This document shows positions 43,926-56,127 of a stretch of DNA of 64,000 bases, one piece after another (position 1 is the first letter of the stretch; each line of letters starts with the position of its first letter). The stretch covers positions 224,001 through 288,000 of the forward strand of contig CAVYSY010000038.1 in assembly GCA_963771175.1 (NCBI GenBank), written 5' to 3'. A program made the position numbers and the translations under genes. The DNA is from an uncultured delta proteobacterium (lineage in GTDB: Bacteria > Myxococcota > Myxococcia > Myxococcales > Myxococcaceae). The notes beneath the pieces are model-generated. The model was given only the letters and a program-made list of their open reading frames with translations, had not been told where the DNA came from and ran no database searches.

Positions 43926-45340
43926 AGGCCGAGTCCCACCCACGGCAGCGGGAAGGGGAATCCCCCACGTCCGTCCTGGGTCTCCGGCAGGTACACCCAG
44001 AGCGCCGCCAGGTCGAGGCGCACGCGCAGCCGGTCCAACGCCACCGGCCCGCGAGGCGTGTCGGAGCCCAGCAGCCAGCGCACGCCCGTGGTGCCGAACG
44101 AGTCGGCGAAGGGCTTGCGCGGGAAGAACTCCGCCGCGAGCTCGCTGTGGGGCCCGAGCACGTACTGCGCTCCCACGAAGGCCTGGAACTGGGTGGGAAT
44201 GCGCGGGAGGGTGGTGCTCGTGGCGCCCCCCGTCCCCGTCGGGTCGTCGCCCCCCGTCATCGTGCCGCCCACCACGATGGCGGCCTTCTGCGGAACGAGG
44301 TGGTGGTTGTCGAGCACATAGGCACCCGCGGTGAGCTGGAAGTCACCGAAGTGCTTGGCCGCCACGGCGGTGAAGAGGTTGAACTGGAGGTTGGCTCCAC
44401 CGGCCCCGGCCACCCCACCGGCGGCCACGCCATTGCCGAGCAGCACGATGCCCGCGCCTCCCACCGCTCCCGCGAAGAGGTTGAGGAAGTCATAGGAGGC
44501 GGACACGCCCGGCAGGTAGCGCGACTCGTCGAGCAGCTTCACCTTGAGGCCCAGGTCGAAGGTGCCGAGCACCCCGAGCGCCGCTCCGCCCGCGCCTCCC
44601 ACCACGTGGATGAGGGGAAGAGGCACGCCGCCCGCGACCGGAATGGGGAGAGCGCCGCCCCACATGTCGAGCTGCACGCGCCGCCCCAGCCCCACGCCCG
44701 CGCGGAAGAGCAGGAGCTCGTCATTGCTCACCACCAGCTCGCCGGGTTCCAGCGTGAGGGCCGTGGGCGTGAGGAACAGCCGCTCGTCCGCGGCACGCCG
44801 GGTGACGAAGTCCTCGCGCCGGTAGTCCATCTCCCGGCCGAGCGCATCGCCCGCCTCGTAGCCCGCGCGCGAGGCCAGCGACGACGGCTCACCCGCCGCC
44901 TCCCACCGCACGAGGCCGAGCTTCCGCTCTCCCTGGGGCGCCAGCAGCGTGCCCTCGATGGCCAGCCGCCCGCCCGCCTTCTCGAACTCGGTGAGCCCGA
45001 ACACCGTCCGCGCCTGCTCGGCGACGTGCTCGGAGGTCGAGGACACACTCTTGCGGGGCGAGAGGGACTCCACGACGCGGAGCTCCAGCTTCAGGGGCTC
45101 ACCGCTCACGTCCGAGGGCCCGCGGGTCCGGCTGTCCACCGCTCGCTGGAAGGACTCCCGCAGCGCCTTCTTCAGCTCCTCGGGCACGTCGTCGCCCTTC
45201 ACCTCGACCGCCACGCCGCGCGCCTCGTCATAGTGGCCGAGCGCGTCCACCTTCACCTGCCGCACGCTGCCCAGCACACAGCCGGTGAGCGGCAAGGCGA
45301 GACACACCGCCAGCCAGCGCCAATCCATCATCCGCATCAT
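43913..45340 (-). CDS. Hypothetical lipoprotein with probable beta-barrel C-terminus
   Basis: Lipobox LTGC; amphipathic strands; ends WVGLGLYKL. Confidence 0.7.
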   Translation of the reverse strand: MMRMMDWRWLAVCLALPLTGCVLGSVRQVKVDALGHYDEARGVAVEVKGDDVPEELKKALRESFQRAVDSRTRGPSDVSGEPLKLELRVVESLSPRKSVSSTSEHVAEQARTVFGLTEFEKAGGRLAIEGTLLAPQGERKLGLVRWEAAGEPSSLASRAGYEAGDALGREMDYRREDFVTRRAADERLFLTPTALTLEPGELVVSNDELLLFRAGVGLGRRVQLDMWGGALPIPVAGGVPLPLIHVVGGAGGAALGVLGTFDLGLKVKLLDESRYLPGVSASYDFLNLFAGAVGGAGIVLLGNGVAAGGVAGAGGANLQFNLFTAVAAKHFGDFQLTAGAYVLDNHHLVPQKAAIVVGGTMTGGDDPTGTGGATSTTLPRIPTQFQAFVGAQYVLGPHSELAAEFFPRKPFADSFGTTGVRWLLGSDTPRGPVALDRLRVRLDLAALWVYLPETQDGRGGFPFPLPWVGLGLYKL

Positions 45341-45476
45341 CACGTCCCCTCCCGCTCCACGCGGAGAAATGGCGGCCATCCTGCTCCGGCGGCGCGCGCG
45401 GAGTCACCTCCCCACATCCTCCGCGAGACCCCCTCCGCGCGCTCGCGGGCAGCACCCCGGGGCACACTTTCCCCCA

Positions 45477-45596
45477 ACTGGTCCGATGGTCGGACCAGTA
45501 CGTGAAAAGCGCGCCCGGAAGGCCCGCGAGGCACGGAGAAGAGGGGGACCCTCCTGGCTCGTTCGCGAGAAACCTGTCCGACTGTCGGACAGGTTT
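45477..45596. promoter_or_regulatory. Two dyads sharing GTCCGA-N3-TCGGAC
   Basis: 10-bp arms at 45477-45499 and 12-bp arms at 45570-45596. Confidence 0.55.
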
Positions 45597-45643
45597 TTGA
45601 AAAGCGCGCCCGGGAGGCCGACGGATTGGACGGTCGAAAAGGG

Positions 45644-46903
45644 CTACCTCGCCGCGGGCAACCGCACCTCGAAGGTGCTGCCCTTGCGCTGCTCGGGCAC
45701 CAGCGCCACCGTGCCGCCGTGCCGCTCCACCAGCCGCCGGCACAGCGCCAGGCCCAGCCCCGTCCCGTTCGCCTTCCCCGTCACGAAGAGGTCGAAGAGC
45801 CGCTCGCGCACCTCCGGCGCCACTCCCGGCCCGTCGTCCTCCACGCGCACCCGCACCGCGTTCCCGTCCGACTCGGCCGCCAACCGCACCTCGCCCGCCC
45901 CCTGCGCCTGCGCCGCGTTCTGCAGGAGGTTGGCGAACACCTGTCTCAGCCGTCCCGCGTCCCCCTCCACCAGCGGCAGCTCCGGGAAGCTCCGCCGCAC
46001 CTTCACCGCCGGGAACGCCACCTCCGTGGCCCTCGCCGCCTCCTCCAGCACCTCGGACAAGGAAATCCGCTGCGCGGCCAGGGGTCGGTCCGCGCTCAGG
46101 TCCAGCAGGTCCTCCGTCAGCCGGCGCAGCCGCTCCACCTCGCCCAGCACGTCCTCCAGCGCCTCCTTGTCCCGCTCGGAGAGCTTCATCCCGCTGCGCT
46201 CGCGCATCAGTTCCACCGTGCCCCGGATGACGCCCAGCGGGTTGCGGATTTCGTGCGCGGCCATGGCCGCCATCTTCGTCAGTGCCTCGCCCCGGGCCGC
46301 TCGTGCCGCGGCCTCGCGCCGGGCCCGCTCGTCCCGCAGCCACCGCGCCGCCACCAGCGCGAGCGCCAGTGCACCCACCGCCGACAGCGCCACTCCGCCC
46401 CACAGCGCGCGCCGCAGCGCATCGCGAGCGCTGGAGAAGGCCCGCCCCGCCTCCATCACCAACACCGAGTCCACCCGCCCCTCGGCCCCGCGCACCGGAA
46501 AGTAACCCACCGACACCTGGAGCTCGCCCAGCGAGTAGCCCGGCCCCACTCGCGTCTCTCCCGCGAGCGCGGACTCCACTCCCGCCGGGTCCGTGCGCAG
46601 CAGGTCCACCCGACGTCTCGCCGGCCCGGTGGCGTCCGCGGGCACCGCCAGTTTCCGGTCCACCACGTACACCCCATCCAGCGCGTTGGCCCGCATCAGC
46701 GCCTCCAGCCGCTCGGACGTGGCCGGCGTGTCCCTCAACAGCAGCGCCGCGGATTCACCCGCGCCCCGCAGCCGCGCGTCCAGCGACTGCTCCAGCGCCG
46801 CGCTCCCCGCGCGATAGAGGGCCAGCGTGGCCGCGAGCGCCCCCACCAGTCCGAGGGTCGCCAGGCCCAGCGGGCCCACTGCGCGCGAGCCGGGCCGCGA
46901 CAT
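45644..46903 (-). CDS. Membrane sensor histidine kinase
   Basis: Two TM segments, AHEIRNPL, NLLQNA, DDGPG, GTGLGL. Confidence 0.92.
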   Translation of the reverse strand: MSRPGSRAVGPLGLATLGLVGALAATLALYRAGSAALEQSLDARLRGAGESAALLLRDTPATSERLEALMRANALDGVYVVDRKLAVPADATGPARRRVDLLRTDPAGVESALAGETRVGPGYSLGELQVSVGYFPVRGAEGRVDSVLVMEAGRAFSSARDALRRALWGGVALSAVGALALALVAARWLRDERARREAAARAARGEALTKMAAMAAHEIRNPLGVIRGTVELMRERSGMKLSERDKEALEDVLGEVERLRRLTEDLLDLSADRPLAAQRISLSEVLEEAARATEVAFPAVKVRRSFPELPLVEGDAGRLRQVFANLLQNAAQAQGAGEVRLAAESDGNAVRVRVEDDGPGVAPEVRERLFDLFVTGKANGTGLGLALCRRLVERHGGTVALVPEQRKGSTFEVRLPAAR

Positions 46904-48279
46904 CAGTACAGCCCCCGGGACCACACCAGTCCCAGCCCTCCGACGAAGCGACCGTAGGAGAGCTCGGCGATGTTGGAGGTCGCCCCCCGCCAGCCCACCG
47001 AGGCCAGGAGGCTCCAGTTCCTCGACACGTCCCACTCCAACGCCGCGCCGGCATCGAGGTAGTCGTCCTCGCGGCGCGCCCCCAGAGGGTTGTCGAAGTT
47101 CTCGTAGTCGCGCAGGGTGTAGCTCACATCACCCACGAAGCGCAGCCCGGGACGCAGGCGCACGCGCAGCCCGGCGCGCGGTCCGTGCTCGAGGTAGCCG
47201 AGCGCCAGGTCGTACGCCCGGAGGTGGCCGCCGGACCAGCCCGCCGAGAGCGTGAGGAGCTCGGCGGGGCTCCATTCCGCATCCAGCCGGGCCGTGTTCC
47301 TCCAACCGTCATAGCCGGTGTACGCGCTGGCCAGGAAGTCCTCGCGGCGCACGTCCCACGAGCCGTCCAGCACCACCGGGCCCACGGGCGCGCGCGCGGC
47401 CACCTGCAGCCGGAGGGCTCGCAGGTAGGGCGCCCCTCCGAGCGACAGGTAGTCGAAGCCGTACTCCGCGGTGAGCTGCGCCGCCGAGCCCAGGTGCGCC
47501 CAGCCCAGCGTGCCCCCGGCCCCGGCCAGGTCGAAGTCGTGGAAGCTCAGGTGGCCCCGGTACTGCCCGGAGACGCGCGCATAGGGGCCGCGCTGACCCC
47601 AGGGGCGCAGGCGCAGCTCGGCGAGTCCCAGGCCCACTCCATCCGCGTTCCCCGACTGCAGCCGCGTGCCGTCCGGCGCGAGGTCCACGTTGGAGTCGTA
47701 CTCGCTCCCCAGCCGCACCGAGAGCGTCACCCGCCCCTCCCGCCCGGCTCGCAGGCGCAGCTCCTCGGCGCGCCTCGCCAGCCCCGCGTCCGACGAGGCC
47801 GCCGCCGTGGTGAAGAACGCGCTGGCCTCGCTCGCGCGCCCCTCGCGCAGTGCCATCAGCCCAAGGAAGAAGGAGGCGGTGTCCGCCAGCTCCGGCTCGG
47901 CGAGGACCTGACGGAAGGAGGCCGCCGCGGCCTCGTCCTCGCCCCGCTCGAAGAGGGAGAGCCCGGAGAGCAGCGCCGCCGCCGCGTCGTCCTCGCGGGG
48001 CGCCGTGTTCTCTCGCGGAGTGGCCGGGGACTTGGAAGCAACGGGCTTCTCGCGGCAGAGCGCCTTCAGGGCCGCTCGCGCCCGGGCGTTGCCCGGTTCC
48101 CTCCGCAGTACCTCGCGCCAGGCGACGAGGGCCGTCTCCCTGTCTCCAGCGGCCTGCTCGGCCTCGGCTACCTCCACGTAGGGAGCGGCGGCGGCCGGGT
48201 CCGGCGTGGCGTCCGGCGTCACGGGACCGCAGAGGCCAGACTCGGCGAGCAGCGCGGCCACGAGCAGGCCCGCACTCAC
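46903..48279 (-). CDS. TPR plus outer-membrane beta-barrel protein
   Basis: GTG start overlapping the upstream stop; TPR helices; GSEYDSNV barrel start. Confidence 0.7.
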   Translation of the reverse strand: MSAGLLVAALLAESGLCGPVTPDATPDPAAAAPYVEVAEAEQAAGDRETALVAWREVLRREPGNARARAALKALCREKPVASKSPATPRENTAPREDDAAAALLSGLSLFERGEDEAAAASFRQVLAEPELADTASFFLGLMALREGRASEASAFFTTAAASSDAGLARRAEELRLRAGREGRVTLSVRLGSEYDSNVDLAPDGTRLQSGNADGVGLGLAELRLRPWGQRGPYARVSGQYRGHLSFHDFDLAGAGGTLGWAHLGSAAQLTAEYGFDYLSLGGAPYLRALRLQVAARAPVGPVVLDGSWDVRREDFLASAYTGYDGWRNTARLDAEWSPAELLTLSAGWSGGHLRAYDLALGYLEHGPRAGLRVRLRPGLRFVGDVSYTLRDYENFDNPLGARREDDYLDAGAALEWDVSRNWSLLASVGWRGATSNIAELSYGRFVGGLGLVWSRGLY

Positions 48280-48908
48280 GGAGTCCCTCCGCCGACGAGG
48301 GGCGCGGGCAGCTCGGACAGCGCGCTCAACCCGGCGCGGGCCTCGGCGAGCCGGTAGCGGTCCTCGCGCTTCTGGGCCAGCCGCACCGCTTCCTCCAGGT
48401 AGCGCGCGGCGAGCAGCGGGCGCCTGGCCGAGCGGGCCTGGGTGGCGCGCCCGTGGTACCAGTCGATGGAGGACGGCACCGGCGCCGAGCGGAAGAGGGC
48501 GCTGATGTCCTCGCGCAGCTTGCGCACCTGCTCGCCAATGCGCGGCCCCGAGGCATCCCCCACCGCGTCGAGAAGCGTGTCCGCGCACAGGTACAGCTTC
48601 GCCTCGTAGCAGGCGAGCGCGTGGTAGTAGTCGAGCAGTGCGTCGCGCGCGTCCGGGGCGCTCTTCTGGGCGGCGGCGAAGGCCTCCAGCGCCTCCTCGG
48701 AGCGGCCGAGCTTCACCAGCGACGCGGCGATGTACCAGTCCGCCTCCCCCCCCGAGCCCAGACGCTGGGCCACCTTGAATTCCACCAGGGCGTTGGCGAA
48801 ATGGCCCTCGCGGAAGTGGCGAGCGCCCTGGAGCAGGTGGGGCGTGGAATCCGGCGGAGTGGCCGCCGTGAGTCCAAGCAGGGCGAGGCACAACGCGAGG
48901 CGCTTCAC
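48276..48908 (-). CDS. Secreted TPR-like protein
   Basis: VKRLALCLALLG signal peptide; helical repeats. Confidence 0.7.
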   Translation of the reverse strand: MKRLALCLALLGLTAATPPDSTPHLLQGARHFREGHFANALVEFKVAQRLGSGGEADWYIAASLVKLGRSEEALEAFAAAQKSAPDARDALLDYYHALACYEAKLYLCADTLLDAVGDASGPRIGEQVRKLREDISALFRSAPVPSSIDWYHGRATQARSARRPLLAARYLEEAVRLAQKREDRYRLAEARAGLSALSELPAPLVGGGTP

Positions 48909-48921
48909 GCGAGGCCTTCTA

Positions 48922-49399
48922 TCACGGGTGGCGGAAGGGTGCCGGCTCCGACGCTCGCCCGTTCCCCGGCTTGTCGGGCTTGGGCTCCTTGCTCTTCCGC
49001 ACCGTCTCGGCTCGAGAGCGGCCCGCTGCGTCCTGCGCATCCGAGCCCACTCCCGCCGCTCCCAACGCCGCCGAGCGAGCGGCCTTGATGCTCGCCCCAG
49101 ACGAGGCCCGCTCGCTCGCGTTCGCGGCGCGCTCCGAGGCCTCACGACGGGACTTCTCGGCGGCCTCACCGCGGGTACGGGTCGCGTCGCGACGAGCACC
49201 ACCCGCGGCGGTCTCCCGGGCCGACTCGGCCACCGGGGACTCCGCCTCGGGCAGGCGGGGGCGCTGCTCCGGGAGCGTGGCCTGCACCTCGAGCGCCTGG
49301 AGGATGGCGGCCCGAGGCTCCTCACGGCGCGGCGACTCCTCGGCGGCGGCCCCGAGGGCCCACAGCGAGAATGGCGAGGAGGATGAGGGAACCGCGCAT
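48922..49399 (-). CDS. Secreted low-complexity protein (frameshifted)
   Basis: MRGSLILLAILAVG signal after GGAGG RBS; continues in ORF 48922-49287. Confidence 0.5.
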
Positions 49400-49445
49400 G
49401 ACTGCCTCCACGACGCGCCCGGGGGAGGGCTCCAACGAGGAGCCT

Positions 49446-49545
49446 AGCATTCCTCGTGCCTGACGCTGGTTCCTCGGGAGCGGGGGTGTCGGGTAGCGGC
49501 GCATGCCCCAACCGGGACACCCGGGTGTACCGGCTGGTACACCCG
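49446..49545 (-). promoter_or_regulatory. Sigma54 promoter with upstream activator dyad
   Basis: Minus strand CAGGCACGAGGAATGCT (GG-N10-GC) at 49462-49446; dyad CGGGTGTACC-GGCT-GGTACACCCG at 49522-49545. Confidence 0.6.
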
Positions 49546-49577
49546 TAGGGGCAAGGCCGTCGGGCACCGCGACAGGA

Positions 49578-50195
49578 CTAGGAGCTTCGCTTCGCGATGG
49601 GTTCGGCGGCCTTCAGCCGCTCCACGGTCGCCGCGTACACGGGGCCCAGCGAGTCGAAGTAGTCGCTCCAGCTCGATGTCTTGCTTTTCGACAGGTAGAG
49701 GTCCAGCGTGGGCAGCGCCGCTTCACGGTCATGGAGCACTTGCCGTAGCAGCTCGAGCTGCACATGGGGCGTGAGCGCGAAGGCATTGACCTCGTGCCCG
49801 ACCGTGATGAAGGTGCGCTCGACGGCCTCGTACTCCGCCTGCGAGCGCGAGAGGACGCCGACATGGCGCTCGCTCGAGGGTGGACCGCCCTCGCCGTAGC
49901 GATGCCCCTCGCAGCTCGTATAGGTGATGAGGCCGTGGTGCCGGGCGACGACGACGACGAGGTCGCGCACGCCCTCCTCGACGAATTGCTCGAACTGGGG
50001 GTGGAGGGGAGGCAGGATGCTCGCCGGCAGCTCACCGGCCCCACCGGCGTTGTTGATGTTGCCGTAGTCCGATTTGCGCAAGGAATACTCGACCCGGTTG
50101 GCCATGGCCCGGGGATCGTCCCACTGCTCCATGAGGTCGCGGGCCCCGTCCAAACGGTTGACGAGCCGCCTCCCTCCTCTATCGAGCTCTTTCAT
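49578..50195 (-). CDS. Unknown protein with TYTSCEGH motif
   Basis: Intact ORF with GGAGA RBS; no family recognised. Confidence 0.7.
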   Translation of the reverse strand: MKELDRGGRRLVNRLDGARDLMEQWDDPRAMANRVEYSLRKSDYGNINNAGGAGELPASILPPLHPQFEQFVEEGVRDLVVVVARHHGLITYTSCEGHRYGEGGPPSSERHVGVLSRSQAEYEAVERTFITVGHEVNAFALTPHVQLELLRQVLHDREAALPTLDLYLSKSKTSSWSDYFDSLGPVYAATVERLKAAEPIAKRSS

Positions 50196-50351
50196 CGTTG
50201 TCTCCGCCAAGGCTCACGAACCGGCGCATACCAGTCGAGTGCTCACCTTACCGTGGCACAATCTCGATTGTATAATCACTCTCAACAGCAGAAGCAATAC
50301 AGCCGGTGCGGTGTCGAGCGAAGACATCCGTGAGGAAGGACGCCTCCGAAT

Positions 50352-51009
50352 TCAGGGCCGTCGAGCCAATTCCTCGAGCGCTTCGGCAACCACACCTTCC
50401 TCGATGGCCTCCATGCTCCCGGCACCGGTGATGTGGCGATGGTGCTTCGTCACCCGGAAGCCCCAACGCTGCTCGGAGGTGGGCCCGAACAACCCGACCG
50501 ACGGCAGCCGAAAGAAGTCCGCGGCGTGCAGCATGCAGGAGTCCACTCCGAGGAATGCGTCACAAATCCCCACCAGCGCCATGGCCGGCGGAATCGCAAT
50601 CCCCGAGGCGGCCAGAACCTGCTTCCCCCGGGGGATGGACTCCAGTCCGCGATCCGCCAGGTCCAGGACGAGCACGAGCCACTCAGGGTGGCGTGTGAGA
50701 AAGGCATTCAGCACACGCTTGAAGCTTTCCAACGGCCATTGCTTCGAGGGAGCCGTCTCGGTATGCACCGCGAGCACCCTGCTCCACGACGACGTGTGTT
50801 TGCTTCATCTCCGCGCGCACCGCGCGGACCTCCCGCAGCGGCAGGCCCGAGTAGAAGAGCTGCTCATCTCCCGGGGCGCCCACGACCCTCAGGCGGCCAG
50901 AGTACAGCTCGGAGAGGGCACGCACGGCCGGCAACGCCAGGAGGCGATCTCCGGTGCCGTTGACGTGGAAGACCACGGGCGCACGGGCGTTTCGAAGTGG
51001 GCCGTCCAT
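50352..51009 (-). CDS. Glycosyltransferase family 9-like protein (frameshifted, apparently internally shortened)
   Basis: GTGDRLLALPAVRAL, SKQWP, FLGVDSCMLHAA, VGLFGPT...WG; only ~220 codons. Confidence 0.75.
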
Positions 51010-51020
51010 GATGCAATGGC

Positions 51021-53460
51021 TCACTCGCTCCTGATGGCGATGATGGGGTCCACGCGCGAGGCCCGGCGCGCGGGCATCCACGTGGCCAGCAGGGCGATGA
51101 TGCCCAGCAGCAGCGCGAGCGAGCCGAAGGTGAGCGGATCCCTCGTGCTCACCCCATAGAGGAGGCTCTCCATGAAGCGCGACAGGCCGAAAGCCCCGGC
51201 GAGCCCGGCGCCCACGCCCAGGGCGGCCAGCAGCGCCCCCTGGCGCATCACCAGCTTCACGACGTCCGAGGGCTGCGCGCCCAGGGCCATCCGGATGCCG
51301 AGCTCTCGCGTGCGCTGGGAGACGGTGTAGGAGATGACGCCGTAGAGGCCCGCGGTGGCGAGCACCAGGGCGATGACGGCGAAGGCTCCCAGCAGCACCA
51401 GGTTCATCCGGCGCGCCACCATGGAGCGCGAGATGATCTCCTCCATGGTGAACACCTCGGCGATGGCCAGCTCCGAGTCCACGGACTTCACCGCCGCCCG
51501 CAGCGCGGAGGCGCCGGCCGTCGAATCCACCGTCGTCCTCACCACCAGGAACACGTCCTGGAGACCAAAGGGGTTGGCCCCGGCCTGGTTGTAGGGCAGG
51601 TCGATCTCCGGGACAGGCTTCCGGTCCAACCCACCCTGGCGCACGTCGCCCACCACGCCGATGACGGTGGCGGACTGCCTCATGAACGTCAGCCGCCGGC
51701 CCACCGCTTCGCCCTGGCCGAAGTGCCGCTGGGCCAACGCCTGGTTGATGATGACCACGAGCTCCCCCTGGCCATCCTGCTCGGTGAATTCGCGCCCGGC
51801 CAGCAAGGGAATCCCCATGGCCTTGATGAGGCCCGGACTCAGGGCGCGGAACTCCGCCATTGGATCCTTCCCCGGTTCGGGCTCCGGCTCCCCCTCGACG
51901 GTGTAGCTGGTGGTGAGGGACCCTGGATGGATGGGGAGCAGCGAGGTGAGCCCCACGGACTGCACGCCGGGCTGAGAGCGCAACTGCTCCAGGACGGGCT
52001 GGAAGACGCGCTGGGGGGCCTCCGCGAGCGGGTACTTGTAGGTGGGCACCGACATGCGGGCGGTGAGCACACCGCGCGCGTCGAAGCCCGGCGCCTCGTT
52101 GAGCAGGGTGATGAAGCCACGCATCATCAGCCCGGCGCCCACCAGGAGGATGAGCGACAGGGCCAGCTCACCCACCACGAGCCCACCACGGAAGCGGTGT
52201 TGCGCCCGCGACGACGAGGCCTTCGTCCCGGACCCGCCGAGGCTGGCGCGCAGGTCGGTGCGAGTGACCTGCAGCGCCGGGAAGAGCCCGAAGAGCACCG
52301 AGCTGCCCGCGGCCACCAGCAGCAGCAGGCCGAAGACGTTGCCCCGCAGCGAGATGTCGCCGAGCAGCGGCAACGAGCGCGACACCAGGCCCTCCAGCGC
52401 ACTCACGCCCCAGGCCGCCAGGAGCGCTCCGAGCACCGCGCCCGCCAGCGACAGCACCAGGCTCTCCACGAGCATCTGCCGGATGAGGCGGGACCGGCTC
52501 GCGCCAAGCGCAGCCGGACGGCCATCTCCTTGCGGCGCGCGGCCCCCTGGGCGAGCAGGAGGTTGGCCACGTTGGCACAGGCGATGAGCAGCACGAGCAG
52601 CACCGTGCCCTGGAGGATGAGCAGCACGGGCCGCACCTTCCCCATCACCGTCTCCGTGAGCGGCACGGCCGTGGCGCTGCGCCCGGCCAGGTCGTTCGGG
52701 TAGGCCTCCTGCAGACGGGTGACGAGCTGGCGCAGCTCGGTGTTGGTGGCCTCGAGGCTCACCCCGGACTTGAGCCGGCCGATGACGTTCAGGAAGCGCG
52801 AGCCCCGGGCCTCGGCGTTCGGGCCCGTGACGGAGAGGGGGATGAACAGGTCCATCTGCGTCTGCGTGCCCGCGGGGAACTGGACCGCGGTCGGCAGCAC
52901 GCCGATGACCGTGTAGGGCAGCCCATCCAGCGTCAGGCTCTGGCCGAGCAGCGCGGGGTTCTCGCCGAAGCGCCGCTTCCAAAGCCCCTCGCTCACCACC
53001 ACCACGGGCGCGCTGCCGGGGGCATCCTCTCCCGGGGAGAAGCCACGGCCGAGCCGCGGCTCCACGCCGAGCACCTGGAAGAGATTGGCGGAGACCTCGG
53101 CGACGCGCAGCCGCTCGGTGCCCTCGCTCCGCCCAGGTTACGGCTCTTGAGGGTGTAGGTGGCGAGGCCTTCGAGGCTCTGGAGCTGCTGCGCCCAGTCC
53201 CGGACGTTGGGCCAGGAGGCGGACTCGCGCAGGTTGGGATCTCTCTGGGGCACCGTCTCGAAGAGGCGCACGAGCCGCTCCGGCTCCGCGTACGGCAGCG
53301 GGCGCAGGAGCGTGGCGTCCACCACGCTGAAGATGGCCGCGTTGGCGCCGATTCCCAGGGCCAGGCACAGCACCGCCACCGTGGTGAAGCCCGGGCTCTT
53401 GCCCAGCCTGCGCAACGCGAAGCGGACATCCCGGCTCAGGTCATCCATCCAGCTCGTCAT
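51021..53460 (-). CDS. Duplicated MacB/FtsX-type ABC permease (frameshifted)
   Basis: [54 protein letters not shown]. Confidence 0.9.
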
Positions 53461-53550
53461 TCCACGCACCCCTTGGGCAGGACCCACCATGGCCTCGGTC
53501 CTCTCCGGACATGCCGGGCAGCTCGATGGAGCAAGGCCTTCAGCAGCCTA

Positions 53551-53895
53551 CTACGTGTTGCGCTCCAGCTCCGCGCAGGTCTCGGCCGTGCCGGCGCACG
53601 GCACGGTGTCGAGCTGCCTGAGGCGCTCCAGCTCCGCGCAGGCCTCGGGCGTGCCGGCGCACGGCTCGGTGGTGCCGAGCTGCTTGTTGCGCTCCAGCTC
53701 CGCGCAGGCCTCGGGCGTGCCAGCGCACGGCTCGGTGGTGCCGAGCTGCTTGTTGCGCTCCAGCTCCGCGCAGGCCTCGGGCGTGCCGGCGCACGGCTCG
53801 GTGGTGGACTCCGACGTCACGAGCTCCTCCGGACCACAGCCCGTGGCGAGGACCGTCAATCCCAGGGTGGCAAGCAGCAGGCACGGCTTGAGCAT
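53551..53895 (-). CDS. Lipoprotein with four 22-aa Cys-pair repeats
   Basis: MLKPCLLLATLGLTVLATGC lipobox; GGAGAG RBS; repeat unit TTEPCAGTPEACAELERNKQLG. Confidence 0.8.
   Translation of the reverse strand: MLKPCLLLATLGLTVLATGCGPEELVTSESTTEPCAGTPEACAELERNKQLGTTEPCAGTPEACAELERNKQLGTTEPCAGTPEACAELERLRQLDTVPCAGTAETCAELERNT
53554..53806. repeat. 66-bp coding tandem repeat, about four copies
   Basis: GGCCTCGGGCGTGCC recurs at 53641, 53707 and 53773; a diverged fourth copy lies near 53575. Confidence 0.95.
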
Positions 53896-53978
53896 GTGCA
53901 TCTCTCCGGTGAGGGTACGAAGGGTCTGAAGCACTATCATCCAGCAATTCAGGGAAAATTGGAATGAAAGGGGGAGTC

Positions 53979-56106
<2,128 letters not shown>

Positions 56107-56127
56107 GGTGAGCACGTGCGGCGAAGT

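Noticed and set aside
53554..53806. Possible CRISPR array
   Set aside because: Contiguous in-frame 66-bp units with no unique spacers and no cas genes
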